From Dehalococcoidia bacterium (lineage in GTDB: Bacteria > Chloroflexota > Dehalococcoidia > GIF9 > AB-539-J10): DNA of 64,000 nucleotides. Location of the stretch: assembly GCA_030602785.1 (NCBI GenBank), contig JAUVZB010000002.1:47550-111549 (forward strand), given 5' to 3'. Shown piece after piece: positions 36,854 through 49,249 of this stretch. Numbering within the stretch: position 1 is the first letter of the stretch; every line of letters starts with the position of its first letter. The notes beneath the pieces are model-generated. The model was not told the origin of the DNA. It made no database searches and saw only the letters and a program-made list of their open reading frames with translations. Both the position numbers and the translations under genes were made by a program.

Positions 36854-37324
36854 CTAGGGTTCGAGGAGCACAACCGCGTAGGCCGCCATTCCCTCACCAC
36901 GTCCGATGAAGCCAAGGCCGTCATTCGTCTTCGCTTTGACAGAGACACGCTCCGGGACAACTCCCATCGCTGCGCCGAGCGTCTCCCTCATCTGCCTGAT
37001 GAAAGGCGAGAGCAGCGGGCCCTCCGCAATGACGACCACATCAACATTCGCAACGCTCAGCCCCATCTCCGCAATCATCCCGGCGACTGTCTCCAGCAAG
37101 TCGATACTGGAGACGTCCCGGAACCGCGCGTCGCCGCTGGGGAAATGCGTCCCGATATCCGCGAGACACGCCGCCCCGCAAATGGCATCCACAACAGCGT
37201 GAGTGACTAGATCAGCATCGCTCCACCCATCAAGACCCCGTGCGAAGGGCACATCAACACCACCGAGAATCAGTCTCCTGCCCTCCACAAGGCGATGGCT
37301 GTCGTAGCCTGCTCCGATTCTCAT
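36854..37324 (-). CDS. ispF: 2-C-methyl-D-erythritol 2,4-cyclodiphosphate synthase
   Basis: MRIGAGYDSHRL, SDAD..HA..DA, DIGTHFP, VSVKAKT. Confidence 0.96.
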   Translation of the reverse strand: MRIGAGYDSHRLVEGRRLILGGVDVPFARGLDGWSDADLVTHAVVDAICGAACLADIGTHFPSGDARFRDVSSIDLLETVAGMIAEMGLSVANVDVVVIAEGPLLSPFIRQMRETLGAAMGVVPERVSVKAKTNDGLGFIGRGEGMAAYAVVLLEP

Positions 37325-38001
37325 GTGGAATCCCCCCATCTCTCTGCGATTAACCTGGCCAGGAGCAGGTCCTCCGGAGTGGTCACTTTCAGGTTCTGAT
37401 AGGAGCCGGGATACAGGCGAACGGTACAACCAAGCCTCTCCGCAAGCATGGCATCGTCAGTGACTGCGTCGCTCATGCCTGCGCAGGCGTCGCGAATGAT
37501 GTCCGCGCGAAAGACCTGAGGTGTTTGAGCAGCGCGGAGCACGTCGCGTTCTAGCGTCCGCAGGACGTTGTTCGACTCATCCGCCACCTTCACCGTGTCC
37601 TTGACCGGTACCGCGGCGACAGCAACGCCGGTCTCCCGCGCCGAGCGGAGTCCCTCTTCCAGCAGCTCTTGCGTCAGGAAGGGACGGTCACCATCATGCA
37701 CAATCACCCAGCCCACCTCTCCAATGGCTCGAAGCGCGTTCCCGACCGAGTCCTGCCGGCGGTCTCCGCCGAGACAGAACCTGGTCTTGGTCCATCCCCG
37801 CGTGCGGCACAGTTCCTCACCAAGAGCGATTGTGTCGGGATTGAGGGCAACAACCACATCAGTGACCAGGTCGCAGCGCTCCAGCGTATCGATGCACCAC
37901 GCCAGCAGTGATTTCCCGCCCAGGCAGAGAAACAGCTTGTCCTCACCACACATCCGCGTGCCACGCCCCGCGGCAGGGACAACCACACCAACCCGTTCCA
38001 T
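37321..38001 (-). CDS. ispD: 2-C-methyl-D-erythritol 4-phosphate cytidylyltransferase
   Basis: PAAGRGTRM, GGDRRQDSV, VHDGDRP, QTPQVF, TDDA, NLKVTTPEDL. Confidence 0.96.
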   Translation of the reverse strand: MERVGVVVPAAGRGTRMCGEDKLFLCLGGKSLLAWCIDTLERCDLVTDVVVALNPDTIALGEELCRTRGWTKTRFCLGGDRRQDSVGNALRAIGEVGWVIVHDGDRPFLTQELLEEGLRSARETGVAVAAVPVKDTVKVADESNNVLRTLERDVLRAAQTPQVFRADIIRDACAGMSDAVTDDAMLAERLGCTVRLYPGSYQNLKVTTPEDLLLARLIAERWGDST

Positions 38002-38003
38002 TG

Positions 38004-39416
38004 TCAAACCTGCGCGCCTGTTTCACCGCTCTCGCGCTCAAACGCGAAAGCAAGCGCCTGGCCGAGTGATGTCGCATACAGCGGCTTTATCCCGGAGACC
38101 TCTGAAGGCGGCAGCTTCGCATCAGATGGAAGGAGGCAGCTTTCGAAGCCGAGTCGTGCTGCTTCGGCCAGACGTCTCGCGGGCTGGGACACGGCTCTCA
38201 ACTCACCCCCGAGTCCAAGTTCTCCGAAGACAACGAGTCCTCGCCTGGGAGCCCTGTCCCGCATGCTTGAGACGATTGCCAGCGCCACCCCGAGGTCCGC
38301 AGCCGGCTCCGAGATCCTCAGGCCACCTGTCACGTTCACAATAACATCCTGGTTGGATAGCTTCAGCCTGGTTCGTTTCGTCAGGACAGCCGTAATGAGA
38401 AGAAGACGGTTCACGTCGAACCCGTTGGCCACCCGCCTCGGCGGTCCAAATCCTGAGGGGGTGCTGAGAGCTTGTATCTCCGCCAGAAGCGGTCGACTGC
38501 CTTCCAGCACGGGCACAACCACGGCCCCACTGGCTTCGCCCCTGTCTCTGCCAACGAAGATGCTGGACGGATTCTCGACCTCGGCCAGGCCGTTGGAAAC
38601 CATCTCGAAGACCCCGAGTTCGTCAGTGGAGCCAAACCGGTTCTTGACGCTTCGAACCAGCCGGTACGCACTGTGCCTCTCGCCCTCCATGTAGAGGACG
38701 ACATCCACGATATGATCGAGGGCTCCGGGACCCGCGATGGAACCATCTTTCGTGACATGCCCCGCCATGAGAACGGGGACAGAACGCTGCTTCGCGAATC
38801 TCATGAGGGCCAGCGTGCTCTCACGAACCTGGCTCAGGCTACCCTGCGCACCGGGAACGCCATCCAGGCACATGGTCTGGATTGAGTCAACGATGACCAT
38901 CGCCGGCGTCATCACCGACAGGTGGCTGAGGACAGCGTCCAGGTTCGTCTCCGGCAGGAGGATGATGTTCTCGCCCGATACGCCGAGCCGGATGGAGCGA
39001 AGCCTCACTTGCTGTGAGGACTCCTCGCCCGATACGTACACAACCGGGCTGCCATCGTGCGCCATTCGGGAGCAGACCTGGAGAAGAAGCGTTGACTTGC
39101 CGATGCCCGGTTCCCCTCCAAGCAGCACGAGCGATCCGGGCACAAGCCCCCCACCGAGAACCCTGTCGAACTCGGAGATGCCCAGACTCAGACGCGGAGT
39201 GGCATCCAGGGCTACGGCGGCAAGCTCCTCGGGACTTGCGCTGTTTGAAAGAGAGCGCAGACCGGAGGGAGGACGGCGCTCAACGGAGACAGGTTCGAAG
39301 CTATTCCAGCTTTCGCAGCCAGGACAACGCCCGAGCCATCTCAGGCTCTCGCGACCACACTGCTGACAGATGAATATCTGCTTAAGCTTGCCCTTGTCGC
39401 GATTCTCAGGCGTCAC
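38004..39416 (-). CDS. radA: DNA repair protein RadA/Sms
   Basis: CQQCG..CPGC zinc finger, GEPGIGKSTL, KNRFG, Lon-like C-terminus. Confidence 0.97.
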   Translation of the reverse strand: MTPENRDKGKLKQIFICQQCGRESLRWLGRCPGCESWNSFEPVSVERRPPSGLRSLSNSASPEELAAVALDATPRLSLGISEFDRVLGGGLVPGSLVLLGGEPGIGKSTLLLQVCSRMAHDGSPVVYVSGEESSQQVRLRSIRLGVSGENIILLPETNLDAVLSHLSVMTPAMVIVDSIQTMCLDGVPGAQGSLSQVRESTLALMRFAKQRSVPVLMAGHVTKDGSIAGPGALDHIVDVVLYMEGERHSAYRLVRSVKNRFGSTDELGVFEMVSNGLAEVENPSSIFVGRDRGEASGAVVVPVLEGSRPLLAEIQALSTPSGFGPPRRVANGFDVNRLLLITAVLTKRTRLKLSNQDVIVNVTGGLRISEPAADLGVALAIVSSMRDRAPRRGLVVFGELGLGGELRAVSQPARRLAEAARLGFESCLLPSDAKLPPSEVSGIKPLYATSLGQALAFAFERESGETGAQV

Positions 39417-39434
39417 ACTCGGTGTCTGGCGAGT

Positions 39435-41891
39435 CTATGACACAGCTTCCCGGACAAGAGGGCGCATGACAAGCTGATCATCCTCGCAGTCGATCTCCAC
39501 GGCGTCTCCGGACTGGAACTCACTACGCAGGATTGCGTCGGAGAGCTGGTCCTCAAGCATGGTCTGAATAAGCCGACGCAGCGGCCGGGCCCCGAATACC
39601 GGATCATAGCCCTTGCTGCCCAACAAGTCCTTCGCCGCTTCCGATACCTCGATAGTGATGTTCTTTTCCTTCAGCGCCGCAGCCACCTGGGCAAGCATGA
39701 GGTCGACAATCTGGCGAAGTTCTTCCCTGCCCAGAGAATGAAACACAACGGAAGCGTCAAGACGGTTGAGGAACTCGGGACGGAACCGGTTTTTCAACTC
39801 CGTGAGGACCCGGTCCTTCATCTTCTCGTAGTCCTGCTGCTGCTTCTGAGCCCCGTCGGAATGCGTCGGGAAACCGATGTTCATGTCCTTGCGAATAAGC
39901 TCCGCACCGACGTTGCTGGTCATGATGATGATGCTGTTCCGGAAGTCCACCTTCCGACCCTTGGCGTCGGTGAGATGGCCATCGTCGAAAATCTGCAACA
40001 GGATGTTGAACACGTCATAATGGGCCTTCTCAATCTCGTCGAGCAGGATGCAGCAGTACGACTTGCGGCGAACCGCCTCGGTGAGCTGACCACCATCGTC
40101 ATAGCCGACATAGCCCGGTGGCGCGCCGACGAGCCGTGCAACAGTATGGCGCTCCATAAATTCAGACATGTCCAGGCGGATGAGAGTATCCTCGGCGCCA
40201 AACATGAACTCGGAGAGCGCCCTCGCGAGCTCGGTCTTGCCGACGCCGGTCGGCCCCAGGAAGATAAAGACACCGATTGGGCGCCTCGGATCCTTCAGGC
40301 CGGCCCGGGCACGACGGACAGCCCTGGCAATCGTCGTGACTGCCTCACCCTGGCCGATTATGCGCTTGTGAAGGGCATCTTCCATCTGTAGCAGCCGGGA
40401 GCTCTCATCGGAACTCAGGCGCACAACAGGAATGCCCGTCCACATACTGACGACCTCGGCCACATCATCCTCGCCGACCTCGGGTTTCTCCGTTGCGCGC
40501 TGAACCTGCCACTCCTGCTCAACGGTGGTTACTTTGTCCATGAGCTGGAGTTCGCGCTCGCGCAACTCGCTTGAGTACTCGTACTGCTGTGAGGCAATGG
40601 CTGTCTCTTTCTCGCGTCTGAGGCTCTCCAGCGCCTTGCGAGCTTCGGTGAGTCCGATAGGAGCGCTGCCGCGCCGTATGCGAACGCGAGAGCTCGCTTC
40701 GTCAATGACATCAATGGCCTTGTCGGGTAGAAAGCGGTCAGCGATGTAGCGCGAGGCAAGAGATGCGGCGCTACTGAGTGCGTCATCGGAGATAGTCAGC
40801 TGATGGAAGTCCTCGTAGCGGGACCTTACGCCATGCAGTATGCCGAGCGTCTCCTCAACAGTCGGCTCAGCAACCAGAACCGTCTGGAACCTGCGTTCGA
40901 GAGCCGGATCCTTCTCAACGTACTTGCGGTAGTCGTTGAGAGTTGTTGCGCCAATGCACTGCAGATGTCCACGAGACAGCGCAGGCTTGAGCATGTTGGA
41001 GGCATCGACCGCACCCTCGGCGGCACCCGCCCCGACAATAGTATGCATCTCGTCAATGAAGAGAACGCAGTTGCCCGACGCCTTCTCCTCCTCAATGACC
41101 TTCTTCATGCGCTCTTCGAATTCGCCACGGTACTTGGTGCCCGCGACGAGCGAGCCGATGTCGAGGGCGACAATCCTCTTTCCCTGGAGGACCTCCGGAA
41201 CATCCCCCTCCACCACTCGCTGTGCAAGACCCTCGACTATTGCGGTCTTTCCGACTCCCGGCTCGCCTATGAGCGCCGGGTTGTTCTTCGTGCGCCTGCT
41301 CAGGATCTGAATGACCCGCTCGATCTCCTTCGTGCGCCCGATGATTGGATCGAGCTTGCCCGAACGCGCAAGCTCAGTAAGATCAGTGCCAAGCTGGTCG
41401 AGGGTAGGGGTCTTGCTCGCCGTCCGATTGGTCCGGGCACGGACGACATCGTGCTTCATCACCTGGGCGGCCTCTTCGCGGGCGCGCTCGAGCGTGATAC
41501 CGAAGTTCTCCAGCACGTTACAGGCCACGCCTTCCTTGCCGCCAAGCAGGCCGAGCAACAAGTGCTCGCTGCCTATGTAGGTGGAGTTGAGTCGCCTTGC
41601 CTCGTCAACCGCTATCTCAATCGCCCTCTTCGCACGCGGTGAGAGGCTTATCTCGCCTGTGGTCCGGCGCTCGCCTTTGCCAACGACGAACTCCACAGCG
41701 GCGCGCACCTTAGTGAGAGGGACTCCAAGATTCGTGAGGACCTTCGAGGCGACGCCGGCCTCCTCACCAACAATTCCAAGGAGGATGTGCTCGGTGTCGA
41801 TATAGCTGTGACCGAGGCGTTTCGCTTCTTCCTGAGCCTTTGTCAGGACTCTGCGGGCACCTTCGGAAAACCGCTCAAAACCGCTACTCAT
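39435..41891 (-). CDS. clpC: ATP-dependent Clp protease ATPase ClpC
   Basis: [11 protein letters not shown] Clp-N repeats, two AAA+ modules ([16 protein letters not shown]), UVR-type middle domain, IGF loop. Confidence 0.95.
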   Translation of the reverse strand: MSSGFERFSEGARRVLTKAQEEAKRLGHSYIDTEHILLGIVGEEAGVASKVLTNLGVPLTKVRAAVEFVVGKGERRTTGEISLSPRAKRAIEIAVDEARRLNSTYIGSEHLLLGLLGGKEGVACNVLENFGITLERAREEAAQVMKHDVVRARTNRTASKTPTLDQLGTDLTELARSGKLDPIIGRTKEIERVIQILSRRTKNNPALIGEPGVGKTAIVEGLAQRVVEGDVPEVLQGKRIVALDIGSLVAGTKYRGEFEERMKKVIEEEKASGNCVLFIDEMHTIVGAGAAEGAVDASNMLKPALSRGHLQCIGATTLNDYRKYVEKDPALERRFQTVLVAEPTVEETLGILHGVRSRYEDFHQLTISDDALSSAASLASRYIADRFLPDKAIDVIDEASSRVRIRRGSAPIGLTEARKALESLRREKETAIASQQYEYSSELRERELQLMDKVTTVEQEWQVQRATEKPEVGEDDVAEVVSMWTGIPVVRLSSDESSRLLQMEDALHKRIIGQGEAVTTIARAVRRARAGLKDPRRPIGVFIFLGPTGVGKTELARALSEFMFGAEDTLIRLDMSEFMERHTVARLVGAPPGYVGYDDGGQLTEAVRRKSYCCILLDEIEKAHYDVFNILLQIFDDGHLTDAKGRKVDFRNSIIIMTSNVGAELIRKDMNIGFPTHSDGAQKQQQDYEKMKDRVLTELKNRFRPEFLNRLDASVVFHSLGREELRQIVDLMLAQVAAALKEKNITIEVSEAAKDLLGSKGYDPVFGARPLRRLIQTMLEDQLSDAILRSEFQSGDAVEIDCEDDQLVMRPLVREAVS

Positions 41892-42016
41892 ACGTACAAC
41901 TACCCTTCGAACCCTGCTTCGAAGTATAGTAGATGCACCTGGGGCAGTCAAACGTTTGGAGCTATTGATGAACGTACGTGGCGCATAGTACAATGCAGCA
42001 CCATTCGGGGCGTAGA

Positions 42017-42568
42017 ATGCGAGTTGTGGGGGGACGTGCGGGGGGTATCGAGCTGAGGGCCCCCTCGGGGCGGCGGGTGAGACCCACCACGAGCCTGACG
42101 AGGCAGGCCATCTTCTCGATGCTTGAGAGTTGCGGCTGCAGCTGCGAGGTTGTGCTCGATCTGTTCGCCGGCACAGGGGCGCTTGGCATTGAGGCCCTGA
42201 GCAGAGGTGCTGCCTGGTGTGACTTCGTGGACCGGAGCCATGACTGTTGCAGCGTCATCAGGCAGAATCTGGCAAAGACAGGTTTCGCCGACCTTGCGGG
42301 CGTATACTGCATCGCGGCGAGCAGGGCGACGGAAGTACTTGAACGGCAATACGACGTGATTTTCCTCGATCCTCCTTACGACGAACCATCCACCGACGGA
42401 CTGTTGTCGGTCCTGTCCACGAGCAGGCTGCTTGCGCCGGACGCTCTCATGGTCGTCAGTCACGGCAACCGTCATCCACTGAGCGATACCCACGGGCCAC
42501 TGACGGCCTGGAAGAAGCGTCGCTACGGCGACTCACATATCTCTATCTATCGTAGAGAGGAGCAATGA
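42017..42568 (+). CDS. rsmD: 16S rRNA m2G966 methyltransferase
   Basis: MRVVGG, VRPTT, LDLFAGTGALGIEALSRGA, FLDPPY, YGDS. Confidence 0.95.
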   Translation: MRVVGGRAGGIELRAPSGRRVRPTTSLTRQAIFSMLESCGCSCEVVLDLFAGTGALGIEALSRGAAWCDFVDRSHDCCSVIRQNLAKTGFADLAGVYCIAASRATEVLERQYDVIFLDPPYDEPSTDGLLSVLSTSRLLAPDALMVVSHGNRHPLSDTHGPLTAWKKRRYGDSHISIYRREEQ

Positions 42569-42569
42569 G

Positions 42570-43109
42570 ATGACAATCGCGGTATATCCCGGCTCGTTCG
42601 ACCCTATAACGAACGGCCACGCCGACATAATCAGGAGGGCTTCGGCGCTTTTCGACTATCTCTTCGTTGCGGTCTATGACAGGCCGGAGAAGAAACTCCT
42701 GTTCAACGTGCAGGAGCGCGTTGACCTGGCCACCAAGGCCGCCGAGGGTATCCCCAACGTTACGGTCCAGTCCTTCTCGGGCCTGGTGGTTGACTTCATC
42801 CACCAGGTGAAGGCGGATGTCATGATTCGAGGGCTACGGGCAAACTCCGACTTCGAGCGGGAATTCGAGATGGCCCTGATGAACGGATCCCTCGCACCGG
42901 ATATCGAGCTCGTATGCCTGATGACGAGCCCCAAGTACCAGTTCATCAGTTCCAGTGTCATCAAGGAAGTCGCAAGGCTCGGTGGCCGCCTCGACGGGAT
43001 GGTATCCGACTACGTGGCCGAGGCCCTCACTCACAAGTACGCCGACTACATACGAGAGGTTGAAAAACGGATGGGAGCCCAGTACAATAGTTCATCTACG
43101 CGTACCTGA
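42570..43109 (+). CDS. coaD: Pantetheine-phosphate adenylyltransferase
   Basis: YPGSFDPITNGH, RGLR..SDFE.E, ISSSVIKE. Confidence 0.97.
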   Translation: MTIAVYPGSFDPITNGHADIIRRASALFDYLFVAVYDRPEKKLLFNVQERVDLATKAAEGIPNVTVQSFSGLVVDFIHQVKADVMIRGLRANSDFEREFEMALMNGSLAPDIELVCLMTSPKYQFISSSVIKEVARLGGRLDGMVSDYVAEALTHKYADYIREVEKRMGAQYNSSSTRT

Positions 43110-43126
43110 GGAGGTAGGGCAAGAGC

Positions 43127-43399
43127 ATGGCGTACAAGATCACAGATGACTGCATTAGCTGTGGCGCGTGCGAATCCGAGTGCAAGAACGAGGCCATCAG
43201 CGAGGGGGAAGCGGCGTACGTAATCGATGCCGATAAGTGCACCGAGTGCGTGGGCTGGTTCGAATCTGCTCGCTGCGCTGAGGTCTGCCCTGTCGGAGCG
43301 CCCGTGCAGGATCCAGACAACAGCGAGTCCAAGGAACAGCTCCTGGAGAAATTCAAGAAGCTGCATCCGGGCGAGACGCCGGTAGAGGGAACCTACTAG
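43127..43399 (+). CDS. YfhL-like 2x[4Fe-4S] ferredoxin
   Basis: [11 protein letters not shown] and CTECVG..CAEVCPV. Confidence 0.93.
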   Translation: MAYKITDDCISCGACESECKNEAISEGEAAYVIDADKCTECVGWFESARCAEVCPVGAPVQDPDNSESKEQLLEKFKKLHPGETPVEGTY

Positions 43400-44187
43400 A
43401 GGCCCTTCGTTCTGGTGTAGGCGGCAGCAACCGCCTCGGCAATCAGTGTTCTCAAGCTGCCCTTCTCAAGTTCGTGGAGGGCAGTTGCTGTTGTCCCCCC
43501 GGGAGATGTGACCAGGTTTCTCAGTTCGGCGGGATGTTTCCCCGCTTCACGCAGGTATCCCATCGAGCCAAGAACCGTCTGCACGGCAAGCTCCTCCGCC
43601 ATTGACCGCGGCATTCCAATCCTGACCGCTCCGTCAATCAGCGCCTCGACGAAGAGAAAAACGTAGGCAGGCCCGCTGCCGCTGAGCGCAGTGGCCATGT
43701 CCACGTACTTCTCGTCCGGGACGTACAGTTCTTCGCCAAGAGCAGATAGAATCGTTCGCGCTCGCTCGATGTGCGGCTCTCCCGCTCCGGACGTGGCAGT
43801 CCACACCGTCATGCCCTGTCCAATCTGGGCCGGCATATTCGGCATGGCTCGGACGATGATGCCGTGCTCGAAGCGAGTGGCGAGCCTTTCCAGCTTGACC
43901 CCGGCGAGAATAGACAGCAGCAGCTGCCCCTCCTCGAGCTTTCCCATCTGACTCGCGGCCTTTTCGAGGTCCTGTGGCTTCACGGCGAGCACGACGACAT
44001 CGGCTCCACCTATGCAGTCCGACGGCTCCGGGTACGTATCCACACCATATTGCCGTTCAAGCAGCTCCCGCCGCCCCTCTGCCGGGTCGGCCACCCGCAC
44101 CTGTCCGGGCGAAACCACTTCGCCCGCGAGCAGACGCCTGATGAGAGCCTCGGCCATCGTGCCACCGCCAACAAATGTCAGTTTCAT
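43396..44187 (-). CDS. proC: Pyrroline-5-carboxylate reductase
   Basis: [32 protein letters not shown]. Confidence 0.96.
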   Translation of the reverse strand: MKLTFVGGGTMAEALIRRLLAGEVVSPGQVRVADPAEGRRELLERQYGVDTYPEPSDCIGGADVVVLAVKPQDLEKAASQMGKLEEGQLLLSILAGVKLERLATRFEHGIIVRAMPNMPAQIGQGMTVWTATSGAGEPHIERARTILSALGEELYVPDEKYVDMATALSGSGPAYVFLFVEALIDGAVRIGMPRSMAEELAVQTVLGSMGYLREAGKHPAELRNLVTSPGGTTATALHELEKGSLRTLIAEAVAAAYTRTKGL

Positions 44188-44194
44188 CTCATTG

Positions 44195-46639
44195 TCACGA
44201 TACGACGATGCTGACTACGCGCCCGGGGACATAGATAACCTTGCGTATGGTCTTTCCATCGGTGTGGCTTTTCACCCGGTCACTCGCCAGCGCCAGCGTT
44301 CGAACCTCCTCCTCCGACATATTCGCAGGAACAACCAGTTTGTCTCGCAGCTTGCCGTTCACCTGAATCGCAACGGTTGTTTCCTCTTCACGCGCAAGGG
44401 ACTCGTCGAATGCCGGCCACAGCTGGTTGTGGATGCTGTATCCATATCCTCGACGCGTCCACAGTTCCTCCGCGATGTGAGGCCCGGTCGGGGCTACCAG
44501 GAGCAGGAGAACCCGTATCGCCTCATTCCACGTGGCCGCCGAGACACTTCCTGCCTCGAGAACGGGGCCAAGCAAGTTCGTGAACTCCATCAGCCTGGCG
44601 AGCATCGTATTGAACCTGAATTCCTCAATGTCCTCCGTCACGGCTTTGATGGTCTTGTGCGTCGCGTGCAGCACATCCTTCTCGGTCGCCTCATCCACTG
44701 TCCCCGGGGAATACTGCGACTCACAGAGGTTCCACACGCGATTGAACCACCGGCTGAAGCCGACAATGCCGCTGTCGCTCCACTCCCCTCCGAGGTTCCA
44801 GGGACCCACGAACATGAGATACGCGCGCACCGCGTCCGCGCCCAATTCCGAGACATATTTGTCAGGGGCAACAACATTCCCCTTCGACTTGCTCATCTTG
44901 CCGCCACCATAGATTATGGTTCCCTGGTTGAACAGCTGCGTGAAGGGCTCATCGAACTGCAGCAACCCCACATCACGAAGGGCCTTCACGAAGAACCGTG
45001 AGTACAGCAGGTGCAGCACGGCATGCTCAGCACCACCCGTATACAGGTCCACGGGCATCCAGTAGTTCAATTTGTCCATATCAAAAGGTGCGTCGTCGAC
45101 TCCCGGACTCGTAAAGCGAAGGAAGTACCAGTTGGAACACATGAACGTGTCCATCGTGTCTGTCTCCCGCTTCGCCGGGCCACCGCACGACGGGCAGACA
45201 GTGTTGACGAACGAATCGCAGTATTTCAGAGGCGACTCGCCTGTGGGCTTGAACTCGGCGTCAGAGGGGAGCAGCACAGGGAGGTCAGCTTCGGGCACAG
45301 GTACGATGCCACACCTGTCGCAGTACACCATCGGAATCGGGGCTCCCCAGTAGCGCTGGCGCGATATCAGCCAGTCGCGGATGCGATAGGCTACCGAGGC
45401 CTTGCCCCAGCCCTCGCGTTCAGCAATGGCGCAGGCGGCATTGAATCCCTCCGCGGCCGGAAGCCCATCGAGCTCTCCGGAATTCACCAGCGTCCCGTCA
45501 CCGACATACGACTCCTCCAGCTGTTCTCCCGTCCAGTCCGGAGGGGCAATCACGGTCCGTATCGGTAGCCCGAACTTCGTGGCGAACTCGAAGTCCCGCT
45601 CGTCATGGGCCGGAACTCCCATGACCGCCCCTGTGCCGTACGTGGAGAGAACGTAATCGGTTATCCATATCGGCACCCGTTCATCGGTGAACCGGTTGAT
45701 GACATAGCTGCCAACAAAGACTCCCGTCTTCTCCCTGCCGAGAGCGGTCCGTTCATAGTCTGCCTGTCGACGGCACCACTGGATGTATTCCTCCACCTCG
45801 TCCCGATGCTCAGGCGTCGTGAGCTTCGACACAAGCGGGTGCTCCGGCGACAGCAGGAAGAACGTGACACCACCGATGGTGTCGGGGCGTGTCGTGAATA
45901 CTCGAATCTCTTTCTGCTCTACGCCGGGGTGCTCCAGTCCGAATGAAACATCAGCACCCTCACTTCTCCCAATCCAGTTCGTCTGTATTGTCCTGATTCG
46001 CTCGGGCCAGTCAATCTTGCTGAAGTCGAGCAGTTCCTCTGCGTACTTCGTTATGCGGAAGAACCACTGTTCGAGCTCTCTCTTGGTCACCATCGCGCCG
46101 CATCGTTCGCACTCTCCCTCTCCGATGACCTGCTCATTTGCCAGTACTGTCTGGCACTGTGGACACCAGTTGACGGGCGCCGCCCCCCTGTACGCCAGGC
46201 CAGCCTCATATAGCTTGAGGAAGAACCACTGGGTCCAGCGATAGTACTCCGGTTGACAGCTGACAACTTCGCGCGTCCAGTCGTAGATGGCCCCCATAGT
46301 CCGCAACTGAGAGCGCATCCTCTCGATGTTCGCCATCGTCCACTTGTAGGGATGAATACCGTGCTTGATGGCTGCGTTCTCCGCGGGAAGACCGAAGGCG
46401 TCGAAGCCCATCGGGTGCATCACATTGAAGCCCTGCATGCGCTTGAAGCGCGCACGAACATCAGATGGAGCCATCGCATACCAGTGCCCGATGTGGAGGT
46501 CACCTGACGGATAGGGGTACATGGTGAGCGCGTAGTACTTGGGGCGCTCATCGTCCTCGCTGACCTCGTAAAGGCGGTCGGCCGCCCATTTGTCCTGCCA
46601 TTTCGTCTCGATTTCCCGGGGAACGTACTTGCTGGTCAT
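44195..46639 (-). CDS. leuS: Leucine--tRNA ligase
   Basis: YPYPSGDLHIGH, editing domain VFTTRPDT, KMSKS, QVNGKLR. Start taken as ATG 46639. Confidence 0.98.
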   Translation of the reverse strand: MTSKYVPREIETKWQDKWAADRLYEVSEDDERPKYYALTMYPYPSGDLHIGHWYAMAPSDVRARFKRMQGFNVMHPMGFDAFGLPAENAAIKHGIHPYKWTMANIERMRSQLRTMGAIYDWTREVVSCQPEYYRWTQWFFLKLYEAGLAYRGAAPVNWCPQCQTVLANEQVIGEGECERCGAMVTKRELEQWFFRITKYAEELLDFSKIDWPERIRTIQTNWIGRSEGADVSFGLEHPGVEQKEIRVFTTRPDTIGGVTFFLLSPEHPLVSKLTTPEHRDEVEEYIQWCRRQADYERTALGREKTGVFVGSYVINRFTDERVPIWITDYVLSTYGTGAVMGVPAHDERDFEFATKFGLPIRTVIAPPDWTGEQLEESYVGDGTLVNSGELDGLPAAEGFNAACAIAEREGWGKASVAYRIRDWLISRQRYWGAPIPMVYCDRCGIVPVPEADLPVLLPSDAEFKPTGESPLKYCDSFVNTVCPSCGGPAKRETDTMDTFMCSNWYFLRFTSPGVDDAPFDMDKLNYWMPVDLYTGGAEHAVLHLLYSRFFVKALRDVGLLQFDEPFTQLFNQGTIIYGGGKMSKSKGNVVAPDKYVSELGADAVRAYLMFVGPWNLGGEWSDSGIVGFSRWFNRVWNLCESQYSPGTVDEATEKDVLHATHKTIKAVTEDIEEFRFNTMLARLMEFTNLLGPVLEAGSVSAATWNEAIRVLLLLVAPTGPHIAEELWTRRGYGYSIHNQLWPAFDESLAREEETTVAIQVNGKLRDKLVVPANMSEEEVRTLALASDRVKSHTDGKTIRKVIYVPGRVVSIVVS

Positions 46640-47230
46640 AGCTGTGAATTCTAGCCGAAGCCAGGCCAAATGGGAAGTCCGAAGCACTCTGAACTCTTAT
46701 GTCCACTGTGCCCCAACCCCGCACCTGCCCTCGCGGGAGGCATCGTGAATCATCACAGCCGGTCCGGCCGGGCGAACTGCTCTCTCCGACTCTCCACGCA
46801 CTCTCTGTTCCCGGGGCAGCGGTGCGGTGGATGCTTCACGTTCACGCATTGACATGCCCCACGCCACGGCCCTAACCTACGAGTAAGCGCACCGCACGGT
46901 GTACAACGAGGCCGCATGAAGGACAATCGCGCAGTCCGGGTGATTGTGCCGGCACCGGAGGCAGAAGATGCCGGCGTTGAGACAAGGATATTCCCGCGCG
47001 TCCCCTGCACGACGGTTCCGTGGACAGGCATAATAGATGACGCGCCGGACGCCGCACACAGTCAGGGCTGTCGTCCGGTGCTGCAAACAGGAGGATTCGA
47101 TCTCGGGACTACGAATCACGAACGCAACTCGCGACAACAGGGATGAAGAGTCCTGCAAGCCAATCACATCCTGAAGATAAGCCAGCCCATCATTCACAGA
47201 TAGCGCAAAGCTAGGAAGAGGCAGACCCGC

Positions 47231-49249
47231 ATGACAGACACGGATTTCGAGCAGCAGTGCATCAACACCGTCCGCGCGTTGTCGATTGACGCCGTGCAGA
47301 GGGCCAACTCCGGACACCCGGGGGCCCCACTGGGCGCAGCAGCCATGGCACACGTCCTGTGGACCCGCTTCCTGAGGCATAATCCGGCCAATCCTGGATG
47401 GAGCAATCGCGACCGATTCGTACTGTCGGCAGGGCACGCGTCAGCGCTTCTGTACGCCCTTCTCTACCTCACTGGCTATGACCTGTCACTGGAAGAACTC
47501 AAGGGATTCCGCCAGTGGGGAAGCCGGGCGGCGGGACACCCGGAGTACGGTCTGACTCCCGGTGTCGAGACAACCACCGGGCCTCTGGGCCAGGGTTTCG
47601 CGAACGGCGTAGGCATGGCCATAGCCGAGCGTTGGCTGGCCAGTCGCTACAATCGCCCGGGACACACCGTGGTCGACCACTATGTATACGCCATCGTCTC
47701 CGACGGAGACCTTCAGGAAGGACTCTCCTCGGAAGCGGCATCTCTTGCCGGGCAGCTTGGCCTCGGGAGACTGATCTATCTTTACGACGACAACAGCATA
47801 TCTATCGAGGGGCCAACCCAACTCAGTTTCACAGAGGATGTCGGAGCGCGGTTTCGTTCCTACGGGTGGCAGGTGGTCGGGCCAATCGACGGCATGAACC
47901 CGCAGGAAGTTGAAGTGGCGGTGCGGGAAGCCCGGGAAGACATCAATCACCCTTCCCTCGTCATCTGCCGCACCATCATCGGCTATGGGAGCCCGCACAA
48001 GGCAGGCACAGCCAGGGCACACGGTGAACCACTCGGTGAGGAGGAGACAGCACTCACCAAGATCAACCTTGGATGGAAGGCAGAGGAGCCTTTCCACGTG
48101 CCTCCGGATGTACTGTCGTACTTTCGGGAGGCGCTCAGCCGCGGTCAGAAGCAGACAGAGAACTGGGACTCCGCGATGAAGTCCTACAGCTCGGCGTACC
48201 CGGAGGAAGCGCGCCAGTTGGAGGCTCAACTGCGCGGCGAACTGGCGGATGGGTGGGACGAGGGTCTTGCAGCTCTGTTTCTTTCGGCGGAGAAGCCGAT
48301 GGCCACGAGGGTTGCTTCGGGCGCGGTGCTCAATAGGCTCGCGCCACGCATACGCAGTCTCCTTGGCGGTTCGGCAGACCTGGCGCCCTCGACCAAGACA
48401 CTGCTGGACGGGGAGGGCGACTTCGGCCCCGCGGACTACAGCGGCCGCAATCTGCACTTCGGCATCAGGGAACACGCGATGGGAGCTATCGCCAATGGAA
48501 TGGCCGTTCACGGCGGAGTGATTCCCTACACGGCGACGTTCCTGGTCTTCTACGACTACATGCGCCCCGCGGTACGGCTGGCAGCACTCATGGGCATACG
48601 CGTTGTATTCATCTTCACTCACGATTCCATCGGCGTAGGAGAAGACGGACCGACCCACCAGCCCATAGAGCAAGTCATGGGGCTCAGGTCCGTGCCGAAT
48701 CTGACGACCATACGTCCGGCCGATGCCACGGAGACAGCTATGGCATGGGTGGCCGCCATAGAGAACGTGCACGGCCCCACCGCCCTGGTCCTGACCCGGC
48801 AGTCCCTGCCCGTCCTCGACAGGGGCGTCTACGCGTCAGCCGAAGGTGTGCTGCGTGGCGGCTACTCGTTGTGGCAGACTTCCGACTCACCTGATCTGCT
48901 CATGATAGCAACCGGGTCGGAAATCCACCTGGCGCTTGAGGCCGCACGGATTCTGGCAGACCGTGGTATCAATCTGAGAGTTGCGTCCATGCCAAGCTGG
49001 GAGCTGTTCGAGGCACAACCTCAGGACTACAGAGAGTCAGTCCTCCCTTCGGCGGTCCGCGCCCGGATATCGGTGGAGGCTGGAATCACACTCGGCTGGG
49101 AACGCTACGCAGGATTGGATGGAAAGGCCATCGGTATTGACAGATTCGGCGCCTCCGCCCCGGGGCCCGAGCTCTACCGGCGTCTCGGGCTAACGCCTGA
49201 CAGGATCGTCCAGGAGGCTCTACAAGTGCTCAAAGGAGGCGGCTATTGA
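47231..49249 (+). CDS. tkt: Transketolase
   Basis: [41 protein letters not shown]. Confidence 0.98.
   Translation: MTDTDFEQQCINTVRALSIDAVQRANSGHPGAPLGAAAMAHVLWTRFLRHNPANPGWSNRDRFVLSAGHASALLYALLYLTGYDLSLEELKGFRQWGSRAAGHPEYGLTPGVETTTGPLGQGFANGVGMAIAERWLASRYNRPGHTVVDHYVYAIVSDGDLQEGLSSEAASLAGQLGLGRLIYLYDDNSISIEGPTQLSFTEDVGARFRSYGWQVVGPIDGMNPQEVEVAVREAREDINHPSLVICRTIIGYGSPHKAGTARAHGEPLGEEETALTKINLGWKAEEPFHVPPDVLSYFREALSRGQKQTENWDSAMKSYSSAYPEEARQLEAQLRGELADGWDEGLAALFLSAEKPMATRVASGAVLNRLAPRIRSLLGGSADLAPSTKTLLDGEGDFGPADYSGRNLHFGIREHAMGAIANGMAVHGGVIPYTATFLVFYDYMRPAVRLAALMGIRVVFIFTHDSIGVGEDGPTHQPIEQVMGLRSVPNLTTIRPADATETAMAWVAAIENVHGPTALVLTRQSLPVLDRGVYASAEGVLRGGYSLWQTSDSPDLLMIATGSEIHLALEAARILADRGINLRVASMPSWELFEAQPQDYRESVLPSAVRARISVEAGITLGWERYAGLDGKAIGIDRFGASAPGPELYRRLGLTPDRIVQEALQVLKGGGY

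Noticed and set aside
46640-47230. T-box leader for leuS or a hidden gene in the 590-bp gap
   Set aside because: I found no T-box (GGTGGNACCGCG) motif on the minus strand, and leuS has a -10 hexamer 8 nt from its ATG. The short ORFs here lack recognisable motifs.
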